In this document: one piece after another, positions 1 through 10,731 of the stretch
Numbering within the stretch: the first letter of the stretch is position 1
Layout: every line of letters starts with the position of its first letter
From: Paramoeba atlantica
Taxonomy: Eukaryota; Protista; Discosea
Length of the DNA: 64,000 nucleotides
Reading direction: 5' to 3'
Assembly (NCBI GenBank): GCA_977017575.1
Contig: CDRNVI010000021.1
Coordinates: 248,001-312,000, forward strand
Notes under the pieces: model-generated
What the model saw: the letters and a program-made list of their open reading frames with translations, nothing else
The model's database searches: none
What the model was told of the DNA's origin: nothing
Made by a program: the position numbers and the translations under genes

Positions 1-1
1 A

Positions 2-578
2 AAAGAATCCGTTTCACAGTACTCTCATGACGGGCGACCATTTGGGGGCGAAACCTTTGGGCAGCAAGCGGCAACTCTGTATTCTCGCACAGAAGCTGAG
101 GTATTAGGGTGTATGGAAAGACAAGAATTGACAAGATATGAAGGGTCGAAGTCAGCAGTGCGTAAAGAAACCAACGAACTACATGACGTTCATTCACTTC
201 AATTGATGGACAAGAGAACGCGCAATTGGACAGAGGCGCGTAGGAATCGGGGTGAGTACTTCATGCGCGACGCAGAATGGCAAACAGCCATGCGTATGCG
301 GTACTTGATAGCTCCTATTTCGGACCCTTTCGCACAATTTGAGTGCGGAGACATCCTCTCAAACAAAGATTTTGTCGTACACGCCCTTGACTGTAGTAAG
401 GTCAAAGGTGACACCGTGGCTATTCGCCACAAACTTGTTCGCCACAAAGAATACCTTCGCGCACTTGCTACGACAGTACGGATTCACTCCAGACAACCAT
501 GAACCCCGATTCTCCGATGGTCGGGGCCCCGACGTCTGCTTTATGCTGGGAGGGAAGGTATGTCTGGTGGACGTAACC
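2..578 (+). pseudogene. 3' fragment of a CRE/SLACS-like non-LTR retrotransposon ORF (CCHC finger + restriction-like endonuclease), frameshifted and truncated
   Basis: Frame open from base 2 reads EWQTAMRMRYL..ECG..HALDC..IRH. The 339..668 frame continues KNTFAHLLRQYG..HEPRFSDGRGPDVC..VDVTVIH (RLE PD..D motif). A 7-nt duplication (cgccaca, ~437-443) causes the frameshift. Confidence 0.7.
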
Positions 579-812
579 GTCATTCATGCTGCGCGCTTCG
601 CGTTGAAAACTACCTCCGCGTTTAACGAAGAGCCTAAAAAAGAAAAATCGCCAAAAGATCATGAATAATCTATTTCTTTGGATGAGAAAGCTCGATTTTT
701 CGGCGAAAAATCATAATTTTTACCCCGAATTTGGGCCATTTTTGATAGAAGGCGAATCTGACGAAGAAAACGTCGTAGAATGGTGGCTGAGGTCCCAAAC
801 TCTCAAAATACA
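579..812 (+). mobile_element. Dispersed repeat (hairpin-ended family) copy 1, fused into the retroelement ORF
   Basis: 579-792 matches the reverse complement of ~34667-34895. 579-640 and ~747-812 match the reverse complements of 50232-50290 and ~49882-49930. Confidence 0.85.
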
Positions 813-905
813 TTTTAGGAGTGGATAAATAATAGTTTTACTTTTTTTGGGTAAATTCCAGCTGACGACCTCCTACATGAAAGGAAAGCTGGTCACTCCT
901 TCTGA

Positions 906-1013
906 GGGTGGCCAGCTGGCCACTTTTTCAGCGGGTGGCCAGCTGGCCACTTTTTCAGCGGGCGGTCAGCTGGCCACTTTTCCAGGGGATGGCCAGATGG
1001 CCACTTTTTCAGA
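906..1013. repeat. Four tandem 27-bp units, each built on the palindrome GTGGCCAGCTGGCCAC
   Basis: Units 1-2 are gggtggccagctggccactttttcagc; units 3-4 are degenerate. Confidence 0.9.
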
Positions 1014-1122
1014 AGCCTTCAGAAGCCACTTTTTAGAAGAAGATTTGCATCGTTTTGTCAATTGTTACCGCCATGACGCCCACGAATTTTGCTGAATGAT
1101 ACGACGAAACTGTTTTTGTACT

Positions 1123-1329
1123 ATCCAGGCATAAAGGGGCGAGAGAGACACGAAGCAACAGATGTAGCAGCTTCCCACTGAAAAGAAATCGTATCTCCCT
1201 GAACGAAGTTGACTCCAAGCTAGAAAGAGCATAGATAGGCATTTCTCGTGCAGGGAGATACGATTTCTTTTCAGTGGGAAGCGGCTACATCTGTTGCTTC
1301 GTATCTCCCTCGCCCCTTTATACCTGGAT
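1123..1329. repeat. Long inverted repeat: 84-bp arms, 39-bp spacer
   Basis: 1123-1206 vs reverse complement of 1246-1329: 5 mismatches by manual alignment. Confidence 0.95.
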
Positions 1330-1569
1330 TTTTCCTTTTCACTTTTTTAAGGGGACTGACCGCTCTTTAGCACATTTACATTTTGAACGTACATATTCTA
1401 TGTTTTTTATTATTCCACAAAACAAAGGGGAATAATAGCTGTACAGGGGGTTTATGTAGTGTCAGGGCATTCGACTTTCGTCGAATCGATGATGGGGCGT
1501 AGCGACCCCAGCTTCCCTAGCTAACTCACCCAGCGTCGTATAACAAGACACTACATACCTAGGGTGAGC

Positions 1570-1960
1570 CTCCTTCACCTCCTTGCGTCACCCCCGCCAC
1601 CCCCCTTTCGCCGCCCCCTTCGCCGGCCGATTTGCCCCGCCCCCCGCTTCACCCCCTGTCGCCACAACCTTCACCCCCTTTCGACCCCCCCTTCACCCTC
1701 CTCCGCCGCCCCCTACGTCCCCGTTCGCCACCCTCTCTGACGCCCCTCATTACCTCCGGGTCCCTCATTGCCGCCCTCCCCGTCGTCCCCCACCTCCACC
1801 GCTCCCCCCGCCGTTTTCCTCGCCGCCCCCCCCCGCCGCCGCTCTCCCCACCGCTCCCCCCGCCGCTCTACGCCCCCCTTCGCCGCCCCCATCATCGACT
1901 GCGCTGCCCTTTTCGCCCCCCTCTTTTGCAACACTCCTTGCGCCCCCTTCCACGACACTA
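1570..1960. repeat. C-rich low-complexity tract (cgccgccccc-type motifs)
   Basis: Strong C over G excess on +. The overlapping Pro-rich ORFs are compositional artefacts. Confidence 0.8.
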
Positions 1961-2005
1961 CCCGGTGCCAACATAACGAGGCACTAAGAGGGTTGAAACA
2001 GGTGG

Positions 2006-2557
2006 GTGCGTCTCAGTATTCACAACACTTTGTGTGGTGTTACACTGGACGAAGAAATCCTTCTCGAGGGTATCATCCTCATTGCAAAACATCGCCATGT
2101 AGGCTTGTTGTTCTTTTCCGACGCCAAATGCAACGTGCTAAATGGTGTCCGAGAGGAAGAGATGCCAAGTTATTGGTGGTGGAAACACGGGGGTCAATGG
2201 TCACTCCCCTCCATCGAGCTCCCCACAGATGTACTCTCACAAAACCTAGGTGCCTTCCTGGCGAAAGCCTACCCAGGGTTGTATGAGCCATCCCGCAAAG
2301 GCCAAGAGCCCATTGCAGAATGGTTCCGAACTCTTTGGCGAGGGTTTCGTGGAGAGACCGTTGCGGCGTCGAAAAGACATCGAGAACGAAATCGACTTCT
2401 ACGCGGCGCGGTTTCTGTAAGTCAGACCGAGGCAGCAAAGGCGCTCGCTGAGGTAGAAAAGTTGCAAGCGGTGATTAGCCGTCTTGAAGCCAAGGTTGAA
2501 AGATTAACTGAGGCTCAACTTTCTCATCGTCACGAGACAGACGACATGAGAGCCTAG
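2006..2557 (+). CDS. Hypothetical protein with C-terminal coiled coil, possibly an accessory ORF of the adjacent DNA transposon
   Basis: 183-aa ORF with heptad-like AEVEKLQAVISRLEAKVERLTE, directly upstream of the transposase remnant. Confidence 0.4.
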   Translation: MRLSIHNTLCGVTLDEEILLEGIILIAKHRHVGLLFFSDAKCNVLNGVREEEMPSYWWWKHGGQWSLPSIELPTDVLSQNLGAFLAKAYPGLYEPSRKGQEPIAEWFRTLWRGFRGETVAASKRHRERNRLLRGAVSVSQTEAAKALAEVEKLQAVISRLEAKVERLTEAQLSHRHETDDMRA

Positions 2558-3820
2558 ATCGCATTACTGAAACAAGCAGAAATTTCGATTTTTCTATCCG
2601 AGAAAAAACATTTTGCATGGTGTTAAGTATACTCGACGGCGTCCCCATGTACAGCCGTGGGCCCAGTGAATTATAAACCCCCGCTCACGAAAAGTGAGTC
2701 CCCTCTTTTTTTTTCGTACAAATGTCCGTTTGAGCTGATTTTTGTTGCATTTTGCAGATCTCAACACAAGGACTTTGCGCGTGCAGAAATGAGACAAAAA
2801 GAAACGAATACGCACAATTTAGAGAAGAATTACCATTTTGTCATGTCACTACCATTTTGGGAGCCGATATGGTGATTTGGTCATTTTTGGAAAAAAAAGT
2901 TGAAAAACCAATTATGTTTTTTGACTAAATTTTAAAAGTTTAAAATGAGCTAAAAACAGCGGGAACGTACAGATCTCGAAAATTTGAACGAAAAAGTGAT
3001 ATGATAACCCACCGACGCCCCCCTGTGCTAAAAATAAGGGGGGGTCACTTATTCGTGAGCGGGGGTTTATAACGCGAAAAAGGCCGCGAAGTATTGGACA
3101 TTTCAAGTTCTTCTCATGATGGACGGTTGCCCTTGGGCCTGGAGTGGACCTTTCGAGGGTCGGATTCATGACAGCGAATGCTTAGCCCAATCTGACATAC
3201 CTAGTTTCATGCATCGCCGTAATGAAATGATAATGGCAGACAAGGCATATATCGATAACCGTCATTGCTTTTGCCAAGAAGTTGGTCCTGCAATTGACGA
3301 AACATTTGATATGGAGTTTCGCCGGAGAAGAAACCGTGTAGAAAGGTTTTTTGCCCATATGGATCAGCACAAGTTGCTGCACTATAATCAGCATCGGAAA
3401 GATTTTACAAGATCTGCTTTCGGGTTGCTCTGGAATGCAGAGTGTACGCAGTGGAAAGTTCACCAGGTAACACTGTACGACGACTCCGTAGAATCTTTGG
3501 ATTCCACGCATTCCGTCGTTAGAGAATGGGCTTCTCGAGACTTTTGCTCTTGTCATTTTCAGAAAGGTGACAAAACAGATAAAGATGCTATACGAGAGTA
3601 CCGAGAAGAGGTAAAACAAGATTTTCAGCGCACTGGTGTCACAAAAATTGGGAAAAGCCCTGCTCACGGACGCAAAAGAAGTAAGACGTACACGAAGTTG
3701 ACGCAGGCAGAGATGCGTCAGAAGCGAGCTGAGGAGAGCGCTTTGAAGCAAATAAAGTCAAAGCAGAGAAAGAAGGATCTTGCGCGGGAAAAAAAGGACA
3801 ACGCCAAATTATTTTCTTAA
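2551..3820 (+). pseudogene. DDE_Tnp_4-type (PIF/Harbinger/ISL2EU/IS5-like) transposase interrupted by a MITE
   Basis: Removing 2676-3067 plus one TA gives ILDGVPMYSRGPSELYNAKKAAKYWTFQVLLMMDG..SGPFEGRIHDS..MADKAY..RRRNRVERFF, the D-D-E catalytic layout. No N-terminal HTH was recognised. Confidence 0.8.
2676..3067. mobile_element. 392-bp MITE with TIRs (AACCCCCGCTCACGAA..) and TA target-site duplication
   Basis: Left aacccccgctcacgaaaagtga and right tcacttattcgtgagcgggggtt. TA on both sides. Excision restores the transposase frame. Confidence 0.85.
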
Positions 3821-3974
3821 ATTTTATATGTCAATGTAAGGATATAAGGGATATATTCATTTTGTGAAAGGTTTTTAGTCTGCACAGTTCGCACTTTCTT
3901 TTGGGTTGCATTCTGCAAAAAAAACGCGTATGGTGAAGCACACGTACAAATTGACTGAAAAAAAAGTCATCCCT

Positions 3975-4870
3975 CTCGGGGAGTAGTACCCCGAACGCGT
4001 TCCTTCTGGATCTCCCAAATTTCGCTAAGTCTTTGCCGTTGAAGATGCACTGGGTGCGGGTGGGTGCGGCTGGGGATGTTTCAACCCTCTAAATATGTAG
4101 GGTAGCTGTCACACTGGCAACCCAGAATGGGTGGCACCGCCCGGTACCGAATATAGCAAGGTACTAAGCAACTAGGGTGGGTGCCATTCGGGCTATTGTT
4201 TCGGCGGAGACACTTCTCGGATGGACCCGGAGTGCACTCTGAAGATGAGCCCCTAAGGGGAACTTCATACCGCATTTTCGGGTCGAGTATTGCTCATCTG
4301 CGGCTTGCAGCTAGCCCATGAAAACGGGGCTAGGGCAATATTTCGGAGAGATAAAAGATCGTTGAAGCTGAGGCTTAGCCCATTGAAGCTGAGGAGCCAA
4401 GTCCGCTCGAGGGTATAACACCCTAGAAGACTTGGTCCGTTAAAGCTGAGGAGTCTAAACCGTTGAAGCTGAGACTGCAAGCAGGCGGTGATGCAGTACT
4501 GATGCCTGCTTTTTTATTAAGGGTTTTTCCCGAAAAACTGGCCATCTCCTATTGGAGACGTGGTGAGTTCGGGCAGAATTTGGGCTCACCCCAGTTCCCC
4601 GAATAGCGGGAGCTCAGCTCCCCACGTGCCCGGGGAAGGTTGTCCTAGGATCTGCGGAGCAACGTATGTAGTCGCCCTCACAGCGATTTGCATGCCATAT
4701 CGATACTCGAAAGAGTATCGATGGTTCAGCGACCAGACACCCTCCCCCAAGTTCCCCTGCTTTCTCAGGGGAGGCGACATCCTTGAACTAGGGTAACCGC
4801 CTGATATCATTTTATCATAGTGAACTGATAAGTCACCAGAGATTATACTCGTGCATACTCTGGTAAGGAC
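3975..4870. other. Dense array of stem-loops, candidate structured RNA or retroelement 3' region
   Basis: More than 10 hairpins, e.g. atcgatactc-GAAA-gagtatcgat, actctggt-aagg-accagagt, aagcaggc..gcctgctt followed by a T-run. Four GTTGAAGCTGAGG-like repeats at 4361-4474. Confidence 0.45.
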
Positions 4871-4900
4871 CAGAGTGACAGCTCGGGATAATTTTCTCAC

Positions 4901-7900
4901 TCAAGCAGTACTAGCGGTATTCCATACGGGTGTATTACGCATGTTATATATTTTAAAAGGGGCACTCATCGCGGCGTTAATCATTTCTTGCCGCATTTGT
5001 CTAATCAATTTGGTATGTTCACCCTTAAACAGCCAAGATAAGTCGAGAGTGCTGTCGCTGAGTTTTCCCCGTGCGCCGACTTCGAGAGTTGTTAGAGTGG
5101 TGCGTTGATTTGTGGCTTGGCGGTGGCGAAGAATTTCTTGATATTTGGAACGCTTGCGTTCTCGGGCAAGGCCGAAATTCTCCTCCCAAGGACAGGTGAG
5201 CTCCAAGATATACTCCGATCCATCCTCGAGGCGAACCCAACCGTCTGGCCGCATATTGTGAGGGTTGGTAGTCCTATTCTGGGATTACCCAGAGAGAGTC
5301 CACCAACCCGTCATTATCACGGCGCAGTAGACGCGCTATGGCAGGCCTGGCACCATGAAGGCCAGAAAAAAAAGGCACATTCATGGATACTCAGGCACAT
5401 CCCACTGAAGGGGCCGACGACACGCAAGAAGTGGTCTCTCCAGCATCCGAACAAGTCGAATGTCGAAAAGGCTTCAATACGCTGTCGGGAAATTCATTTA
5501 GAGAAAAATTAGGAAAACCAAAATAAATACTGTTACTATAGTAAATAAATAAAGTTAGTAATAGTAAATACGAAACGAAATATTGCAACTGCAAACGTAT
5601 AATTTATGCAGACACCGTGATACATGATTCAAGTTTGATACAGACATCCTTTGAAAGGAAGGATACATACACGACAAGATGTGTATGAAGCCTCGCTCGC
5701 AATAATTTAACTTAACACAAATAAATTGAGATACAGTGAGTCGTTGGTCCAATGAATGAAGCCGAGCACACCATCATTCTCGGAATCTTTATCACGTCTA
5801 TTATTCGGACGGCAACCCTACATATACACACGTTTAAACCACCAGAACTATACAGAACTGTACTACTTCAACTAGTCTCTACTTGTATTACTAGGAATCT
5901 ATACTGAATTAGCATTCTTACTACTCTTACTAGTGGAACTACTCTAGGAAAGACCGCTCCATTAAAACCTAGAAACCCTCCACTAAACGAGTAACTACGA
6001 CTCAATGGCACTGGTCATTTAGGGTTCCACTAATTTACGCATCATCATCTAAGATGCAGGGATACCACACTTACAAAACGTAATAATAAAAGCGAGTCAG
6101 AGTCCACACGTGGAACTGTAGTCATCCAGACCGACTCTGTATCCAACTGCCATGGCAATTCCACGAGAGGCAGTACCCTTGATGCGAGCGGTCATATTCT
6201 GTATCAAACGCCATACTCTCTATCAAATCAACGTGACTGATTCAACGCTACATGCGGATCTAGCGTGTTTACGTAGGTGGTGATAATGGTACAGTTTGCA
6301 AGCCATTGTGGTGGGTAATATTCGTTTGGAGAATCTGGTAGATCAAAGCATTTCTCTCGGACGTGACTACATTCGTTTATGTGGTCACGCAATACTTTCA
6401 GGACTGCGTTGTGTCTATATGTGTATCTTCCCTGAAGGAGTGATGCAGTGCACGATGCTAAGATGTGTCTGAGTGTTTGTTTTCTTTCCCGACATATGCA
6501 GCACGTCTCGTGTCCATCAGACTTTCCCCAGGAGCGGGTGTTAACGAGACTCGGAGGTGAGTATCCAACCATGATCATTGAAGCGAACCGTGACATCTCC
6601 TTCCCGCGGAGGTTATGTAGTACTTTGGCGTAGTACTCTGGCGTATTCTGTGGTGATTTGAAACCTGAAGATTTCGTTCCCATGTCATACGTTCCTCGAG
6701 TGCGTGGGTGACGGACGGGTCTGTGGATTTCTTTAATGTGCTGAGGCACGAGACTGTGCTTTCGCGCCAGAGTTGGATTAGGGAGGTGAGGCTCCATCCT
6801 CCATTTCGAATGTAAAGTTGATCTGGATGTGCGAACGACATCAAATTTGTCCATTTGCGCAAGTATCTGCTGCACGTTTTTTGGAGTCTCTTCACCAGAT
6901 TAAGAGTGAGGCAGTCGTGAACTGACATGACGTAACGTAAGCGGCTTAGGATCGCGTTTTCGTACAGCCAGAGTTTAGCATACGCAGCGTGACTGCTTTT
7001 GTCAATTTTACTCAGCATTTCCCTGATCTTGTTTCGCATTGCTCTGAAGAGCACTTGGGGGGTCTCTCGTCCTTTTGCGATTGTCGTACCGAGAAACTTT
7101 GTCCCTTTATCAGCTACGTGGGGTATCGTTCCTTGCCCGATTTTGAAGTTAGGGGAGAGAGTGGTGAAACTCCCATTGTCCTTTCGTCCTATGCAGTACA
7201 CGCGGCATTTTGCTAGGTTGAGTTTCATGTTGAGAGACGAAAGCGCTGCTTCAAGAATTTCTGCAGTGTCTTGGGCCTGCCTGGGGGTATCGGTGAGGAA
7301 AGTGAGATCATCCGCGAAGGCTTTGCAGAAATGTTGACTCTCTCCGGTGTTAAACCCTAGGGTTGGTCTTGCTGTTAGCGTATGACGGTTTCCATAACAA
7401 GGTTGAAGAGGATAGGCGATAGTGTGTCTCCTTGGAGGACTCCGACATTGATGTCGATGCTTTCACTGAGTCCGTCTGCCAGCTTTAGCGCGATGGATGT
7501 GTTCTCGTAAAGCTTTCGAACATAGCGTACAATAATCGGGTCAATATGGGCCCATTGTAATGCAGCGAAAATTACCTCATGAGGTACAGACCCAAAAGCA
7601 TTACTCAGATCGTATTGTACCATACAGAGTGATTTGTTGTGGTGCTTTGCGTAGCGGATGCAGTGACTAATCGTTGCTGTGTGTTCACTGCACCCTGTCA
7701 GCTTTGGAAGAAATCCCTTTTGTACGGACGCATCCAGAATGCCTTCTGAGACTGCATATTCAGTGATACGGGTCGAAATGATGGAGTGTAGAAGTTTACC
7801 GATGCATGAGGTCAAGGCAATTGGACGCCAGTTGGTAGGAACTTTCGGGTCGTCTCCTTTGTGGAGGAGCTTGACGATGGCATATTTCCATTCCTTGGGA

Positions 7901-9579
7901 CAGACATTCCAGTGAAGCAAGGCATTGAAGCACTGCGCTAGTGGCTTGTGTAAGAGTTTCAGCTTCTTAAGCGCAGTATTTTGTACCGTATCGCGGCCAG
8001 GAGCAGAATTACACTTTTTCCTCATGGCTGCACGCGTGACTTCCAGGTGGCTGATTTTGGTCCAAGTGTGAAATGTACCCTCATTACTCGGCAATTGTGA
8101 GGGATCAGGGAGACTTGTTTGCCGAATAGGTGGCGAGAGTATTTTCTTGAAGTGTTCAGTGATGGTAGAGTTCGGGCAGGTGGGATGTGACGGCGAACAG
8201 GTAGTGTCAGTGGGTTGTTCAAATGTTTCTGTTGTCGCACCCCATGCATTTTGATTGAATCTGTATTGCGCTTCCCTAGTTTCCCGCCATTCTCGTTGCA
8301 GGCACGCTTCTCTTGTGTAAATTGCTGCAGCCTTTTCCGCGTTCTTAGCTTGCCGCAGGAGGTGGGTTCGGGTATCATGCGGCGATCGGCGGGCCTTACC
8401 TCTTAGCATTTTCGCTTCGTGAAGGAGCAGTTGACTGACTTTTTCCATCGATGTTGGACGACGGTGAAGTCTTTGTGGAGGCTTGTAGCCCCGTAGGGTG
8501 ACTCCCCTGTCGCCATGGTCTTTGGTTGCTGCCAGGGTGCAGCTCACAACAATACATGCGGATAGGATATCAATACTGGCTTCGGCGTCACACGCATTTT
8601 GAACCTCGGTTAGTTTGTAGCGCAGAAAAAGTTCGTAAGCGTGATTATTAATAAGTTCCCACGTCGCAGACCTCAGTTTCAGGTTTGTCCGCGAGCCGTT
8701 GAGACTCTTAACTGCAGAGAGGAGGCTTTCCCGCGAATCTGGCTCCGGGAGATTTCTCTTACAGCAGTAGTGCCTGCATGAGAAACGGTTGGTGCACGTG
8801 TGCTTGCAAATACGGCCGTCATTACACCCGGTTCGGTTGGTCTGTTCTCTGGTGATTCCCGATGTATTAGCACTCGCTTCCTGTGTGTTCGAGGTGCTTA
8901 GTTCCGGGGTCGAAGTGGGTAGGTCAGGGAGGTGGCGCTTGCAACATGCGTGGGCACAGTCCCGCTTGTTCTTGCAATGGTGTTTGCATTCCTGTTTAGT
9001 CGTGTCTGTGGCGGGTTCCTCAGCGTTACGAGTGTCATCGATCTGTAGTGTGGATCTTACGTTACTTGCGTGGTGCACTACCTCACTAGGTTCCTCGATG
9101 TGGGTAGGTACCCCAAGTAGGTTGAGGCCAAGGTTGACAAGATTTCGATAGACTGCACTCGCAATCGTTCCAGGTGTTCCGTCTCCTGGGGTAGGGGTTG
9201 GCGGTGTCAGGGGTGGTGGGAGAGCGCTTGCTGATGAGGTGCTGGTATTGAGGTTTGAATGGCTCTCCGTGTCAATGCTTTGAACTGTATTCGTGTTTGG
9301 AATGTGGCGTTTGCAACATGGATGTCCACATACCCTTTTGTCTGTACATGGGTGCTTACATTCTGTTAACTGCTCTTGCTTGGGCGTCGTGTCGGAACTT
9401 TGTGACGAAGGGTCAGATGCGGCGTCTCTTTCGTTTCCTGTTAGTAAATGTCTTTTGCAGCAGGGATGCGCACACGTTTTCTTTTCTTTGCATGAGTGTT
9501 TGCATTCGGGGGCAACTACATTGGACGTCGTTGCTGGATCTTGTGTTCGTCGCAATGTAGGTTCGGCCGAACTAGGCAC
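4901..9579 (-). mobile_element. Degenerate RLE-type non-LTR retrotransposon (R2 group, HERO-like): 4x Cys/His fingers - RT - CCHC - RLE
   Basis: RT motifs SAPGRD, NWRPI, QKGF, DLSNAFGSVPH, QGDTLSP, FADD (after a frameshift at ~7377). Second frameshift at ~6640-6680. CCICRE..HILASC..GRYTYRHNAVL. RLE RPDG..ELTCPWEEN..RERKRSKY..LEVGARG at 4901-5254. Confidence 0.9.
5271..6286. mobile_element. Unclassified 1,016-bp insertion with 5-bp TSD (TGGTA) inside the retroelement ORF
   Basis: TGGTA at 5266-5270 and 6287-6291. Removal gives in-frame WLANCTNPHNMRPDGW on the - strand. Confidence 0.7.
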
Positions 9580-9888
9580 AAGGGGGTATTACCCCCTAGA
9601 CAAAGAACCCCCAAATGCTATTTGCAACTTTCTAAAGCAACAGCAAATATCGAAAGAAAAAATTTAATAATTGCCATTATCGTCGTTTTATCTCAATTAC
9701 AATACGGCATCGCTTTCGAAAGCTCTTCATGGCATTTTCAGGAGCCTTGAAACGCTGCTTCGATCGCAATGATCAAATCTGCGCGATTCCGAGGGGCTCA
9801 ACCATTTTTGAAGTCGCCCACTATGGAAAATAAATTTTTAGAGCGAAAAAGATTGTGTTGTTTCGTAATCGGCAACAAGAACCGTGCA

Positions 9889-10198
9889 CCAGCTTGCTTT
9901 TACGTGCCCAGGCGAAGAGTAAGCCCTTTCGTAGTCTTTGTGTTCGGGCGATCGCCCACAACCCCGTCTTTGTTGCATGAATCAGGGGAGAAATCAGAAA
10001 ACCTGTGAAAAATGAAAGATTTTGTCTCCCAAAAAAATGAGTTTTCTTATGTGCACTTGAAAATCTTATTAACGCAGATGCCGTACATGCACGTTCATGA
10101 GCCCTGTTCGAGAGCTCTCGAATGCGCTATAATTTTCCAAAATTGGCCAAGTTTTACAAATTTTAGACACCCCCCACATCCAAATTTACACCCCTGTA
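9889..10198. mobile_element. Tc1/mariner-like element end (..CACCCCTG|TA), copy A
   Basis: ~310 bp similar to 11068-11378. Terminus CACCCCTG is followed by TA. Confidence 0.65.
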
Positions 10199-10700
10199 TG
10201 TGCTTACATTCCGTGGGTTGGGGTACAGAGGTATCTTGAAGTTCTTCCGTGGCTTGTTTCGGTTCGATGACTTGTGAAACTGTCTGAATTTCGTAGTCTC
10301 GTAGTGCTGGTGGAGATTTCCCTTCGAGATAGCTTTTGATGGCACGGGAAAGTGTTTCTGGTTTGGCGTACGTGGTGAAGATTTTATCATGCAATTCGGT
10401 CACATTGCGAAAGTACTCCCAAGAGTCGGCTTCCCAGTTTTTCGTATGCGGAATCGAGAGACTTCGATTGCTTCCACGATAAGTCCATTGGCCAGTTTCC
10501 CAAGATCGATAGCTTTGGTAATCGCGATGCGCGCTGTATCGGCGTTCGGGTAGCATTCCTTAGCAATATCGCTTGACGCTGCAGCTTTTATGCTCGTGAA
10601 CGTGCTCCAGGTGGTACTTGTCGTGCGTCTAATGCGTAGGTGTCTTTCTCCGCGGTATGCTCGAGTGAGAACGTCTTGACTTACCATAATAGGGGTCACA
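10199..10700 (-). pseudogene. 5' fragment of an ORF related to the retroelement N-terminus, cut at TA by the Tc1-like end
   Basis: ORFs 10400..10699 and 10095..10556 lead into QPTECKH, matching the finger start LTECKHPC of the 7375..9579 ORF. DNA gtgcttacattc is shared with ~9349. Confidence 0.45.
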
Positions 10701-10731
10701 GACGCATGTGTTTCTATAATTTAAAAAAAAT

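Noticed and set aside
4235-4270. Hammerhead-like CTGAAGA plus hairpin (cccc-taa-gggg)
   Set aside because: No GAAA after stem II and no stems I/III.
906-4474. 27-bp palindromic array and GTTGAAGCTGAGG repeats considered as CRISPR
   Set aside because: No unique spacers of regular length, no cas genes, eukaryotic context.
3975-4870. Telomerase RNA, suggested by size and structure
   Set aside because: No CCCTAACCCTA-type template found.
5840-5870. Minus-strand tagtacagttctgtatagttctggt loosely resembles the spliced-leader 3' half (acagtttctgtactatattggt)
   Set aside because: Several indels and mismatches, no SL 5' half, no intron or Sm site; chance level in AT-rich DNA.
5257-6293. Reading the insertion as a solo LTR (TGT..ACA on the - strand)
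   Set aside because: Those boundaries have no TSD. The TGGTA-defined boundaries give both a TSD and frame restoration.
9555-9640. Hairpin at the 5' end of the retroelement ORF considered as an HDV-like ribozyme
   Set aside because: Could not build P3, P1.1 or J4/2; only simple hairpins are present.
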